Shown: positions 1 to 13,393 of the stretch, in pieces
Layout: every line of letters starts with the position of its first letter
Numbering within the stretch: position 1 is the stretch's first letter
DNA from: Octopus sinensis
Taxonomy: Eukaryota
Length of the DNA: 64,000 nucleotides
Direction of reading: 5' to 3'
Assembly (NCBI RefSeq): GCF_006345805.1
Contig: NC_043005.1
Coordinates: 54,250,001 to 54,314,000, forward strand
Program-made: the position numbers and the translations under genes
The notes under the pieces: generated by a model
Told to the model about the DNA's origin: nothing
Database searches by the model: none
Seen by the model: only the letters and a program-made list of their open reading frames with translations

Positions 1-639
1 TGTATATATATATACATATACATATACATATATATATATATACATATATACATATACATACTTCATACATGCATACATATATATATATGCATATGTGTAT
101 AAGCTGATTAATGGAAGAAGGGGGAAGGATGAAAGAATGGAAAAGAAAAGAAGAGAAATGAAGAAAGAAAGAATGATATTGTCTTGTAATACAACTGAAA
201 GCTTACCAATTCCAAAGCAGCAAAGATACAAGTATGATTATGGATTTGAAGACTGGGCTTTAGAATGAATTTCAGTAGAACAGTAGAAGGTTGGTTAGCT
301 AGCTGGCTGGCTGGTTGGCTGGTTGGTTGGTTGGTTGGTTGATTGATTGTCTGGTTGGTTGGTGGGTTAGGTGGTGGGTGAGTTTTTAGGTAGATTTTGT
401 TAATATGCATTGCAGGATATTTTGATTTGGTTTGTACTAACTGGTTGAATGAAGTAGGACACTAAAACATTGTGTGGATTAGTGAACAACATGCATCCTC
501 TTCCTCCTCATCATCATTATCATCATCATCGTCGTCGTCATTATCATTATCATCATCATTATTTGAACTCAGAACATAAAGACAGATATAAAGTGTTTTG
601 CCTGGTGTGCTAATGATTCCACCAGCTTACCATCCTATT

Positions 640-846
640 TTATTCTTTTACTTGTCTCACTCATTTGACTGCAGCCATGCTGGAGCACCACCTTAGTGGA
701 CTTGTTTTTTTTTAAGCCTAATACATATTTTATCAGTCTCTTTGGCCAAACCGCTAAGTTATGGAGTCATAAGCACACCAACATCTACTGTCAAGCGATG
801 ATGGTGAGGGCACAACACAAACATAAAAATACACACACATAGATAT

Positions 847-903
<57 letters not shown>

Positions 904-1074
904 TGTGTGTACAATGGGCTTCTTTCATTTTCCATCTACCAAATCTACTCACAAGGCTTTGGTTGGCCTGAGGCTGTAGCAGAAGACACTTGTCCAAAGT
1001 GCCACACAGAGGGACTGAACCAGAAACCATATGGTTGAGAAGCAAGCTTTTTACCACAGAACCATGACTGTGCC
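640..1074 (-). mobile_element. Composite tRNA-derived SINE (CORE-like head + microsatellite + conserved tail)
   Basis: Same head and tail blocks as the less decayed copies at 9628, 23461, 31561 and 37898; the head there carries a CORE-like ccttgggcaagt box. Here it is reverse-complemented and diverged. Confidence 0.8.
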
Positions 1075-1211
1075 TATCTTATATGCATATATATATTTTA
1101 ATTTCCCTTAGGCACAATGATAGTAATAACAAGTCATTAGAACTCAATATACATAAGCAATAGACAATATTGTTAGACATGTAGAATTTAATATAAATTA
1201 GTGAATGACAT

Positions 1212-1357
1212 GAGAACAGGAATTACATAACCATCTTCAATACCATGCAGCTATTTCTGCTAGTAGACGTTGCACAAGCACTCAGCTCTGACTGCGCAGC
1301 TTCTAACAGCAGAAACAGCTGTAAGCCAATGAAGTTGATTACATAATTCCTGTTCTC
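1212..1357. repeat. 146-bp fold-back (55-bp imperfect arms) containing a decayed hammerhead-like motif
   Basis: gagaacaggaatta (1212-1225) pairs with taattcctgttctc (1344-1357), and pairing continues inward over about 55 bp. The right arm holds gct-ctgactg...gaaa-cagctg-ta-agc. Confidence 0.75.
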
Positions 1358-1396
1358 TTATCTTTCAGTTCAATAATTTAAGCATACATATTTTAT

Positions 1397-1856
1397 CTTT
1401 TATCTCTTACTTGTTTCAGTCACTAGACCGTGGCCATGCTGGGCACTGCTTGGAAGAACTTTTGCTGAATGAATCAACTACTGTATTTATTTTATTGGTC
1501 TCTTTTACCAAATGCTAAGTTACAGGGACATAAACACACCAATACCAGTTGTCAAGCTGTGGTGGGAGTCAAACACAGACTCAAAAGACACACACATGTA
1601 TATGTGTGTGTATGTGAGTGTGTATTATATGTATGTATGTATGTATGTATGTATGAATGTATGTATCTATGCATGTAAGTTTGTATGTATGTATCTATAC
1701 AATGAGCTTCGTTCAGTTTTCGTTTACCACATCCACTCACAAGGATTTGGTCAGCCTGAGGCTATGGTAGAAGACACTTGCCCAAGGTACCGTGCAGTGG
1801 GACTGAACCCAGAACCATGTGGCTGGGAAACAAACCTCTTACCCACACAGTTACAC
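1397..1856 (-). mobile_element. Composite tRNA-derived SINE, same family
   Basis: Contains agaagacacttgcccaaggtaccgtgcagtgggactgaacccagaaccatgtgg, plus the tail block ttttatctcttacttgtttcagtca. Confidence 0.85.
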
Positions 1857-2154
1857 AGGTAGGCTTTATTCTGTTAAATTTCTAAACCAGCTATGTTCAA
1901 TGTTCAATGTCAATCTATCAGTCTAAACAGTCTGTTATTGACCTCATTCTTCTCTCTCTCTCTCTCTCGCTCTCTCTCTCTATCTATCTATCAATCTATT
2001 TATCTATCTTTCTTTCTCTTTCTAACCACTTGAAATTTATCTCTTGTCATTTGCTTCTTTTAATGACATTTAATTTCGATTTCAAACTCTGTCATCCTGC
2101 CTCCTATTGTCACTCCACCATCCTTTCCGATGCATTAGCCACCCATTAGCCACA

Positions 2155-2185
<31 letters not shown>

Positions 2186-3647
2186 TTGGCAATATTGCCA
2201 TCTTCTTAATTCTTAATTAGGTTAACTAAATTACAGACTTGATCTACCAATTTTAAAAGATTCATCTAATGTCAACTGGGTTTTGCATATGGTGAATGTA
2301 TAGCATCTTCGCCTTTATACATATGCACACATACACACACACACACACACATACACATACACACACACATGCAAACCCCCACACAAACACATATGCACAA
2401 TCACACATAGACATACACACACTCAAACACATATACATATGCATATATTGCATACATATATATATATATACACATATATACACATACTTGTATACATATA
2501 TATATACACATACTTGCATACATACATATGTACACATAGATGCAAACGAGCATAAGTATATACAAATACAAAGACATATGTATATACTTGCAAACAAACA
2601 CCTATAATTATACCACTCTATTATGTTATTATACAACCTCAATGAAAGCTTTAAACAATTGACACCTCTCATCTGTGGCATCATATTCATCTACTCGGGC
2701 TTTAACAAACTACAGCAATAACTCAAACTATAAGTCCCTACTTGGTTACCTACATTGCAAGAAATAGCAGTCAAATGTTTCTAAGTTCATACCCTAATCA
2801 ATAATAAATGAGATGGTCATGGCTGCAATGCTTTCTGATTACAGATTGGATTAATTAAAGTTGATCTAGATCTAAAAAAAAGACACTAAAACATCAATGC
2901 AGGACTTCTATATGCTACTTGGTAAAAATAGCAACCAAATCCCTCTTAAATCACATGCTAGATCTTTAAATAAAAGGCAGGACACATGGGAATGCATTCT
3001 CATCATCATCATTATTATCCTTCACCTCTTCATCATCATCGTCATTTAATGTCCATTTTCAATGCTGGTAAGGCCATGGGCCACACCAAGTTCCTCGTCT
3101 GTTTTCGCTTGGTTTCTGCAGTTTGATGCCCTTTCAAATACCAACCACTTTACAGAGTGTACAAGGTGATTTTTACATAGTATCATCATCGTTTAACATC
3201 CGCTTTCCATATATATATATGTAAAAGAAGAAAAGAACTTCTTACGGGTAATGGGTAAAAAATGTATAAACGTATATATACATAGATGTATATGTGAATG
3301 TACATACATATTACTGTATTCTCATATACACATATATGTGCATATAGATAAATGTGTGCGTGTGGATGTATGTATATGTGTAAGTATATGTGAGTGTCTC
3401 TGTGTATATATATGGACATACGGATGCATATATATATATGTGTGTATTCTTTTTTTAATAATTTTGATATATATTTAAAATAATATAAATTAATTAATCT
3501 TATGTATTGGCTTAAGTTTTTCATTGTATGATTTGCCTAATAGTGGTTTTATCCCTAATTTAATATAATATAATATTTTACTATAAAATTGGATTCAATC
3601 CTAAATCTGATTTTTCCCTGTAAGTTTGGATTTATTCCCTAATATTT

Positions 3648-3701
<54 letters not shown>

Positions 3702-3709
3702 GTATATAT

Positions 3710-4190
3710 GTGACCGCATGTGTATCATTGGCAATTTTCTTCCTCCGTCTTCCCTTCCTTGGACCTTTCCTTTTTCTATGTTTCTGACGAAGAGCTCCAC
3801 TCGAAATGTTAAATCCTCCTTCTTTCTTCCTTTCCTGAGCGTCCAATAACACTATACTTGTTCCATGTCCTCGCGTTGTTGTGTTTTCATGTTGTGTTTT
3901 CATATATGCATATATATAATATATATATATATATAATATATATATATTATATATATATATACATATATATATATGTAATATATGTGACCGCATGTGTATC
4001 ATTGGCAATTTTCTTCCTCCGTCTTCCCTTCCTTGGACCTTTCCTTTTTCTATGTTTCTGACGAAGAGCTCCACTCGAAATGTTAAATCCTCCTTCTTTC
4101 TTTCCTTTCCTGAGCGTCCAATAACACTATACTTGTTCCATGTCCTCGCGTTGTTGTGTTTTCATGTTGTGTTTTCATATATGCATATAT
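3710..4190 (+). mobile_element. Two tandem ~205-bp copies (period 274 bp) of a Penelope-pLTR-like unit, each with a minimal hammerhead motif
   Basis: Near-identical units start gtgaccgcatg at 3710 and 3984, separated by (TA)n. Each contains gttt-ctgacga-agagctccactc-gaaa-tgtt-aaat. Confidence 0.75.
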
Positions 4191-4200
4191 ATATATATAT

Positions 4201-4231
<31 letters not shown>

Positions 4232-4501
4232 ACTTGCATATATACAAATTTTCTTAACTTCATTTATACCGTATAAACATATATTACATTCTTACCTTAT
4301 TTATATCTAATTTTCCTCTGTCATCTCTATTTAATTCATTCATTTATTACCTCAATTCTATTTACCTACTCTAACTTATCTCCAATCAACTTGCAAGCCC
4401 CTTGCCCGAACATATAAAACTACAATTCATAAACAGTATCATTCAGTCTGCTATAATGAATCCATAAATACGTATAAAACGTCCAAGGGTATATTTTTTT
4501 C

Positions 4502-4584
4502 TCCTCTGAAGATATTATGCCCAGGTCATATAATTTGATACTTATTTAATATTTACTGATTATTAATTGAAACAGCTGTAAGGG
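4502..4584 (+). ncRNA. Type I hammerhead ribozyme relic with long stem II insert
   Basis: tcct-CTGAAGA(4506-4512)...GAAA(4569-4572)-C-AGCT-G-TA-aggg. Stem I pairs, but the conserved G10.1-C11.1 pair of stem II is lost. Confidence 0.55.
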
Positions 4585-5337
4585 ACGACAATTAATTTGC
4601 TGTTAATGATAAACAATTATTAACTACCCAATCTCCATTTTCTTTCTCTTCTTTTATATGAATATAAACTATATGTTTTTAAAATATATATAACATATAT
4701 ATATATATATATATATCAAATAGATGTCTTATAAAACTAATCTGCACATATAAAAACAGCCATACCAACATTCCAACATTCTTCCATCATCAGCTGCCCC
4801 ACAGATATCACTATGGTTTTGACACCTGGGCAGTATCATTCAATCCAGCAGTGTCAGCATAAACTTCTTACCACAGAACCATGCCTATGCCTATATATAT
4901 ATCTATGTGTGTGTGTCTTTGTGTTTGTGTTTGTCCTCCCAACATCACTTGACAACCAGCAAAAGAGACTGATGGAATGAGTGCTAAGCTTAAAAGAAAA
5001 ATAAGTCCTGGGGTTGATTTGTTCAACTAAAACCCTTCAAGGTGGTGCTCTAGCATGGCCACAATAAAATGACTGAAACAAGTAAAAGAATGTGTGTGTG
5101 TGTGTGTATGTGTGTGCATGTATGTAAAAGTGTAATGTAAATAAGGATTCAGAGAATCATGTGACTGTCACAGTAAACTTCCTGTTTGGAGTTGGCTAAC
5201 AGTCTACACAGCAATCAGTTACAGTGTAGTGTAATATAATACAAACCATTGTCATCATCATCATCATCATTCTCATCATCACCATCATCATCATCATTTT
5301 CATCGTCATTATCAGCATTATCATCATCATTATCATC

Positions 5338-5600
5338 ATTTAACGTCCGTTTTCCATGCTGGTATGGGTTGGACAGTTTAATAGGAGCTGTCCAGCCAGC
5401 AATCTGCACCAGACTCCAACTGTCTGTTGTAGTACGGTTTCTACTGCTGGATACCTTTCCTAATGCCACCCACTCTACAGAGTGTACCAGGTGCATTTTT
5501 GAGTGACAAAGCATCATTGCTAATGCATGGCACCAGCACAGATGCATTATATGCAGCATCAGTACTGGTAACATTTTATGTGAAACCGGCATGGGCATTT
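5338..5600 (-). mobile_element. RTE-type LINE 3' tail with (GAT)n end
   Basis: (CAT)n followed by tttaacgtccgtttccatgct...ctggatacctttcctaatgcc, the same 3' module seen at 35091, 47384 and 57035. Confidence 0.75.
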
Positions 5601-6003
5601 TTTATGTGATACCACAACCACATGTGCTTTTTTTTTTACATGGAACCAGGCCCTGTGAGCTTGCAAGATGTCCATGCATTTAAAAACCTAGGAAATTCGA
5701 ATCACGGATGTAATCATAATGTTCTGGTAATCCGATGAGTTAGCATTCTTTGTTAGCATAAATTTGTGAAATTACAAGTGTATTAGATAATGCTGCACAT
5801 ATATATATTGATACATAAATGTACGATCAATTTTGCATGCTGAAATTAATATAACTATGTAAAGAAAGATACACAACAGCAGTAAGCATATGGAAGCCAT
5901 ATGGAATAATAAATCTATCTTCACCTGTCACACCTCCTGACTTTAGGTTTTATATACATGCATACATACATATATATACATATATATACATACATATATA
6001 TAT

Positions 6004-6037
<34 letters not shown>

Positions 6038-6990
6038 AGTATGTATGTATGTATAAAACACAAGATGCATATATATGTATAATTTATTGTATTATATAAG
6101 CAAAGAAAAAGAAAAAGTAAACAAGAAGTAAAAAAAAAAAAGGGACAAAGTAAAATTCGAAACTGACTCCAGAAGTGAACTTATAAGGAATTTATATCCT
6201 GTCTGTGCTACATCATATTAATAAATTAAAAAGAAAAAGAAAAAAGCAAATAGAAAAAAGAAATTCAAAATTTCTTCTAAGATTATAAAATTTACTCACA
6301 CATAACCACACACACACACATAAAAAAAACTTAAAAAATAAACTCTATATATGTACATATGCATACACATACACAAATACATATAAATATATAAATACAT
6401 ATAAATATATATATATATATATTATATATATATTATACATACATACATACACACGTACACACACACATACGCACACATATATATGTATATAGACATATAT
6501 ACACATGTACATATAAGGAATATGAACGGCAAAATCAAAAACAAATGATAGCCAAATAAAGAAACACAGAAATATAGATGTAAGTTCATGCCTACAGAAT
6601 ATTCCATTTATTTTTATTATTTTATTTCATATATAATATATATATATATACACATATATATATAATGTTTTTATTTACATTTATTTATCTATTTATTTAT
6701 TTATTTATTTATTTGCTTTTTTCTATGATTCCATTACCAATGAATAAAGAGGAAACATGTCAAAAAAATGTTCGCATTTGTGTGTCAATACTGCAAGTAA
6801 ATCTGATAGGCGATCTCTTCTGACTGACTCAGCAAAAACTTGCAAAGAAGTGAACCTCTGTTGACTTGTTTTTATATTTTATATGCATTTTTTTTAGGTT
6901 TATATTAATTGATATATATATATACAATATATATATATATATTATATATATATATATTATATATATATATACACGCAGACATATATATAT

Positions 6991-7058
<68 letters not shown>

Positions 7059-7584
7059 GTATGTATCACTCTATATGAGAATAACACAGACTTTACGCAT
7101 GACTGCTTACAAGACACCACACAAATCATCATTTTCCTAAAATTGATAATTACACAGTGTTTTGGTGTCTGAGCATATATATATATATATATATAGATAG
7201 ATAGATATAGATATACATACATATATATACACATATACATACATATATATGTATACATATGCATGCATGTATGTATGTATATATATGTATGTGTGTGTAT
7301 GTATGCATATGCACAGACGCACACTCATTGATGTAAGTGTGTGTGTGTATATATTATTTACATATTTTTTTTTATTCAAATATTTTGTTCAGTGATGATA
7401 AACAATAGAAAGAGAGAACTGTTACTGGAGCATCCAACCAGCAGTCATATGTGAGTTCACGCCTCACCTACGAATGCTGAAATATTTTCTGTTTATCAAT
7501 GCAATTTAAGGTTTAAATACCACATATATCATATGTATTTATATCTATACACACTCTCTATTTTGCTATCTCTTTCTCTCTCTG

Positions 7585-7621
<37 letters not shown>

Positions 7622-8047
7622 GCACAATCATTAGTATATAAACACACACCTATATGCATAAATTTATAAAATGTATACATATATATATATATATATGAAT
7701 ATACATATATTTATATATATATATGAATATACATATATTTATATATATATATATATGAATATACATATATTTATATATATGCATATGTATATGTATATAT
7801 ATATATGTATATGAATATACATATATTTATATATATGCATATATATATATGTATGTGTATGTGTGTGTGTGTGTATGTATATATATATTATATATACACA
7901 CATATATACATATATATATATATGTACACATACTTATATGTATATGTTAGTGTGTATACATATATATAGAGATAGATAGATCATATATATATAAATAAGT
8001 ATGTACGTGTGTGTGTATGCATATATACAGATATATATATATATATA

Positions 8048-8092
<45 letters not shown>

Positions 8093-8997
8093 TGATAGAT
8101 AATGTCATGCATAGATAAATAGATTGATAGATAGAGCTGTGTACATATATTTGCATCTTTAATATGTATAATAATAGGCGACATATAAAAACATACAAAG
8201 ATCACATATATTTTTTTAAATTACCAGAGAAAATTGATTGAGATATTGATTTCTAATTACTAATGGGTACAGACCCAATATAAGCAAGCTATAAGATAAA
8301 GAGAATCAAAATCATTGTTTAAAATTATCTTAAACATTCAGAGTGTTGTAACTGCTAAAAACAGCATCATTATTCAAAATTGCCTGTCTGCTAATCATAC
8401 TGATCAAAAACTATCAGATGAACTGGAACATATGTCTGCAAAGTTACAGGACATAAAAAAAAATATACAGGCAAAAAATAGAAGAAAAAAAAAAGACAAG
8501 GACATACCAAAAACTTCAGAATGATTTGGGTTGAAAAATAGCTAAAAACTGTCGGTAAGTTTTAGATAATCATCTGTAAAATATAATGATAAATGTGATA
8601 TTTAAGCTATAATAAGGACAAAAAAAAAGTCGTCAAAAACAAAGAAAAAATAATGGAAATAAATATTTGTCTCTTGATGAAGTTTTATAAGACTGAAAAT
8701 TGTCCTTCTTTTAGAGCACTGCTACATTACCTGCTTTTTAGTTTTACTATTATATCTGGCCTTGTACCAAAATTGGAAACCATGAATGCTATTATATTCT
8801 TTGGCTTCTGTTAGGACTGATGCTGTTATGTACTTCCACAAGTCATTTTTAACTAAATTCACTAAAAGGCTGTTACCATCATTGCTAAACATTTAGTTAC
8901 TGAAAGCTGATGTTACTGAACGCCTAGAGATGATGAGATTACTGTCAGATTACTAGAGATGATCAGAAGTTACTGTCTTCATAGGAATGCCTATTAA

Positions 8998-9216
8998 CCC
9001 TTTCGTTACCAACCCAGCTGAAACCGGCTCTGACTCTGAGTACAAATGTCTTGTTTTCATAAGTTCTGAATTAAAATTTTCTGCCAAACCTTGGTCACAA
9101 TTTATGTTCCTAACACTAGCTTAATGATAACGAAGTTATTTTACTAAATTCTTTGTTATATTTAAAATTAATTGAAAGAAACACAGCATCTCAAAATAAA
9201 TACAGTAACGAAAGGG
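8998..9216. mobile_element. piggyBac-type MITE (family A), 219 bp
   Basis: 12-bp TIR ccctttcgttac / gtaacgaaaggg, flanked by TTAA at 8994-8997 and 9217-9220. Degenerate copies lie near 11510-11775 and 20357-20511. Confidence 0.85.
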
Positions 9217-9627
9217 TTAAGATATTCACTGCCTCAGTTCCAGCTCTCTGGAGATAAACAGTGTCTGTACCTTAGTTCCACACTCAAAACACATAAAACC
9301 AAATATCTCTGAGATAAAAAGACTAAAAGTTGCAGGATATCTGGAAATGGAAATTTTTGAGTCTCTTGCAAATACTACGGCACCTCTAATGTCAGCTGAC
9401 TGAGAACAATACCTCCTTATGTGAGACGCATCATCATCACTTTCCACAAGCCAAACTCTGGATATGCTTCATCCATTTTCCAATGATCTCCCTCAGAAAT
9501 TTCTCAAATTTTCAGTACTTAATCAGTTGTAAGCAGTCTATGAATTTGTTGTTTCCCCTTGGAAAGGTTCATTGGCCACAGATTCCATAGTGGAAAAATT
9601 GGGAAAAAATAGTCAAAAAGAAACATA

Positions 9628-10042
9628 AGGAGTGGCTGTGTGGTAAGTAGCTTGCTTACCAACCACATGGTTCCAGGTTCATTCTCATTGCATGGCACCT
9701 TGGGCAAGTGTCTTCTACTATAGCCTCGGGCCAACCAAAGCCTTGTGAGTGAATTTGGTAGACAGAAACTGAAAGAAGCCCGTCGTATACATGTATATAT
9801 ATATATATATATATGTATAAGTGTATATGTTTATGTGTCTGTGTTTGCCCCCCCCCCAACATTGCTTAACAACTGATGGTGGTGTGTTTATGTCCCCATA
9901 ACTTAATGGTTCAGCAAAAGGTACTGATAGAATAAGTACTAGGCTTCCGAAGAATAAGTCTTGGGGTCAATTTGCTCGACTAAAGGCGGTGCTCCAGCAT
10001 GGCCACAGTCAAATGACTGAAACAAGTAAAAGAGTAAAGAGT
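9628..10042 (+). mobile_element. Composite tRNA-derived SINE (CORE-like)
   Basis: aggagtggctgtgtggtaag (A-box-like), ggttcattctc (B-box-like), gcaccttgggcaagtgtcttc (CORE-like), a (TA/TG)n linker, and a tail ending gaaacaagtaaaagag. Confidence 0.9.
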
Positions 10043-10564
10043 AAGATGATGGTTTCAGATTTTGGCACATGGCTAGCAATTTCGAGGACAAGGGTACATC
10101 AATTATATCAACCCCAGTTTACTTATTTTGGTACTTATTTTATCGACCCTGAAAGGATGATAGGTAATGTTGAGTTCACTGGAATTTGAACTCAGAACAT
10201 AAATATGGACAAACTGCTGCTAAACATTGTGCCCAACATGCTAACAATTCTGCTAACTCACTGCCTTTTGAAAACCTAGGATAATGCTATTAGCAAACAA
10301 ACTTTTGTAAATAGCCTAATTTTGCACTTGCTACCTATCTTTATTCAGAATGGTTGATCTATTTTCATTTTTACTGGGTCCAAACATGGGATTTGTCAAT
10401 TCCATCTATGTTGAGAATTTAGTGTTAGATAATGCTAGATTATAAGGTATGTGTGGTATTAAGAATTAAGATTCATATAAACCTGAGCAGTTGACTAAAA
10501 GATTTCTGTTTTTTTTTTGTTATTAACCTTATTTTTAAAGATGCAACATTTCCTAATATTTATG

Positions 10565-11018
10565 CAATGAGCTAGCAGAGTTGTTAGCACATCAAGTAAA
10601 AATGCTGAGCAGCATTTCATCCATCTATATTTTCTTATTTCTTTATTGCCCACAATGGGCTAAACATAGAGGGGACAAACAGGGACAGACAAAGGGATTA
10701 AGTCGATTACAGTGTGTTACTAGTATTTATTTTATCGACCCCGAAAGGATGAAAGGTAAAGTTGACCTCAGCAGAATTTGAACTCAGAATGTAAAGACAG
10801 ATGAAATAACGCTAAGCATTTCCCCCCCCGGTATGCTAACGTTTCTGCCAGCTTGCTGACTTTATTTATATCCATCTATATTTTCTGGGTTCAAATTCCA
10901 CCGAGGTCAACTTTGCCTTTTATCCTTTTGGGGGTCAACAAAACAAGTATCAGTTGAGCATTGGGTTTGATTTACCCCCATCCCTCAAAATTGCCAGTCT
11001 TGTGCCAAAATTTGAAAT
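10565..11018 (+). mobile_element. Second tRNA-derived SINE family, interrupted by an inverted copy of itself (10636-10869)
   Basis: Head gagctagcagagttgttagcac and body gggttcaaattccaccgaggtcaactttgcc. The insert is bounded by the 17-bp direct repeat atccatctatattttct (10619-10635 and 10870-10886). Confidence 0.8.
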
Positions 11019-12415
11019 TAATATTTATGTCTACACTGCTCCCTTTGATTTAATTTCAGAGTGTTATTTGATAATTATGAATTCCCTAGAATGATTTTGG
11101 ACTCAAACTAAGAACTATTATTTTAAAATATAGTACTGTCAGTGACCAGGTATGTAAGAGTTTCTGTATCATCAGTTTAGGAACACGTGTTCCAAGTTCA
11201 AATACAATCAAGTACGATGTACATTTCTTGGAATAAAGATGCCTGATGCCAATTGGAGATCAAAACTGATCAACACATAATGTTGCTGTAAACATTAAAA
11301 AGAAAAGCGTTTCATCTCTAAAGATGAGATTAATAGTCCGAAAAATTATAATCATATCAAAACAACTCATCTTAGACTTTTAGATATTTGACCAAAATGT
11401 GTTTTGGAATCAACAGTCTTAGACTTTGATGGCTGAAAACATTAATCTTATGTGAACACAAAAGTGGTGATAAGCTTCTAATGAAACAAGTCTAGTAAAG
11501 CAAGATTTTTAACCCTTTACTCACCAACCTATCTGAGACAACTTCTTGTTTTATGATGTGTTAACCTCTAATTTTTAAGTGTTCACATTAAGTTTAAATT
11601 AAAAACCATCCATCATAACTGTACAAAATAACGTTCCATTGAATTATGTTCCAAATACTAGCTTTATAAGGAAAAAATTATTATTTTTTGAAACTCCTTT
11701 GAAACTCTTGTCTAATTTCAAAACTAATTGAAGAACAAGGACAAGTTATATACTGGAAATTTTGGTTTTGAAAGAGTAGAAAGAAGTTTGATAATCAGTT
11801 GAATTATTTCTTTTCTACTCTAGGTAAAGACCCAAAATTTTGGCAGGAGGAGAGGGGCCAATCGATTAGATTGACCCCAGTATGCAGCTGGTACTTAAAT
11901 AATCAACCTCAAAAGGATGAAAGGTAAAGTCAGCCTCAGCAGAATTTGAACTCAAAATGTAAAGAAATACTGAGAAACATGGTAAGAGTTACAAGAAATT
12001 GTGGAGATATTTCTTCCAAACTAACTGGCTTCATTGCAAATTTCTCATCTTGACCAACTTCTTTCTCTAATGAAAGTGTAATGGACAAACAGAGAAGAAT
12101 GTTGGTGGTCACTCAGCTAGCTAGAAATACTAGGTAACTTACACTCAAATCAAATATGAGTGTATAGAAAGAGAGACATATTGAATATGGTTGTCCAAGA
12201 TAGACTGTCATCAGAATAAGGATAGACGGTTATGGCTGGAACACTTTTGATTCTGTATCTGCTTGATCTCCAGAACTGATTTGAAATGGAATAACAATGG
12301 TGACACAAAATATAAATATAATGTCATACTTACCATATATTTAAAAACATTCTATTCTAATTTTATGTTAGAGCAACCCAATAATATATATATATAAGAT
12401 ATATATATATATGGG

Positions 12416-12463
<48 letters not shown>

Positions 12464-12549
12464 TAAATAACAAGGGTAGAAATTTCTGTTAATCAATTAA
12501 AACCAGTGGCTTAGCGTATTTAAAAATCTGAAGATAAATATTGTGCTAC

Positions 12550-12792
12550 ATACAAAATTAAGAGGAATGACCACTAAGGTGGACACCCTATATGCTAAAC
12601 ATAGGCGTCAAATCACCATTACCACCAAAATGTAAAAATGATCAAGGCATTTCTCTTGATCATTTTTACATTTTGACGTTTCTGCTGAGATTTTTTTTCT
12701 TGAGAACACATTCTTCGTGGTAATGGCAATTTGACGTCTATGTTTAGCATATAGGGTGTCCACTTTCATGGTCATTCCTCTTAATTTTGTAT
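12550..12792. repeat. Compound fold-back element: 76-bp outer arms plus inner perfect 21-bp hairpin
   Basis: Arm 12550-12625 matches the reverse complement of 12717-12792 with about 6 mismatches. Inner hairpin: caaaatgtaaaaatgatcaag-gcatttct-cttgatcatttttacattttg (12626-12675). Confidence 0.9.
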
Positions 12793-12808
12793 ATATATAT
12801 ATATACAC

Positions 12809-12857
<49 letters not shown>

Positions 12858-12901
12858 TATTTATATATGTATATATATATGTATATATATATATATATAT
12901 A

Positions 12902-13393
12902 TGAATGTAATGATATATGTATAATATATGGCGTGTACTGGTACACCGGCGATTATAATTAATTTTATTGTATCGCATTTATCTTTGTTTACATATTCTC
13001 TCGATAAATTTCTGACCGTTAGACGATATACCACAATCCCCTATTTTGTAGGGTTTGTTCTGAGTCTGCGCAGTGTTTTGAATAGTTTAGAAAGAGCATT
13101 TCGATAGACACACATGGGTCTATTGATATGGTCTTCCCATCATTAACAGGAATCTTACTGAAGAGCCAGCCTGAGTAAATAAATACTATTTTTATTACTG
13201 AATTTGGCGAAACTGCAGTATAAGAAAAGTTAAGTTTGTAAAAGTTTTTAATTTTCATCTCACTAAATTTATCCAGCTATTGTGTATCTAGTGCACTCTT
13301 CGCCTTGAATGTAATGATATATGTATAATATATGGCGTGTACTGGTACACCGGCGATTATAATTAATTTTATTGTATCGCATTTATCTTTGTT

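Noticed and set aside
6790-6870. Possible further hammerhead (tctt-ctgactga...aaaa...aaga)
   Set aside because: The core, GAAA and triplet are all altered, so it is too degenerate to support.
8315-9447. ORFs 8315-8524 (+), 9226-9447 (-) and a 56-codon minus frame at ~8731-8898 ending in CAG|GTAATG
   Set aside because: No recognisable homology, conflicting strands, and lengths within chance expectation. They are not supportable as CDS without a search.
9628-9700. SINE heads as functional tRNA genes
   Set aside because: They have A/B-box-like motifs only, no cloverleaf, and continue into SINE bodies.
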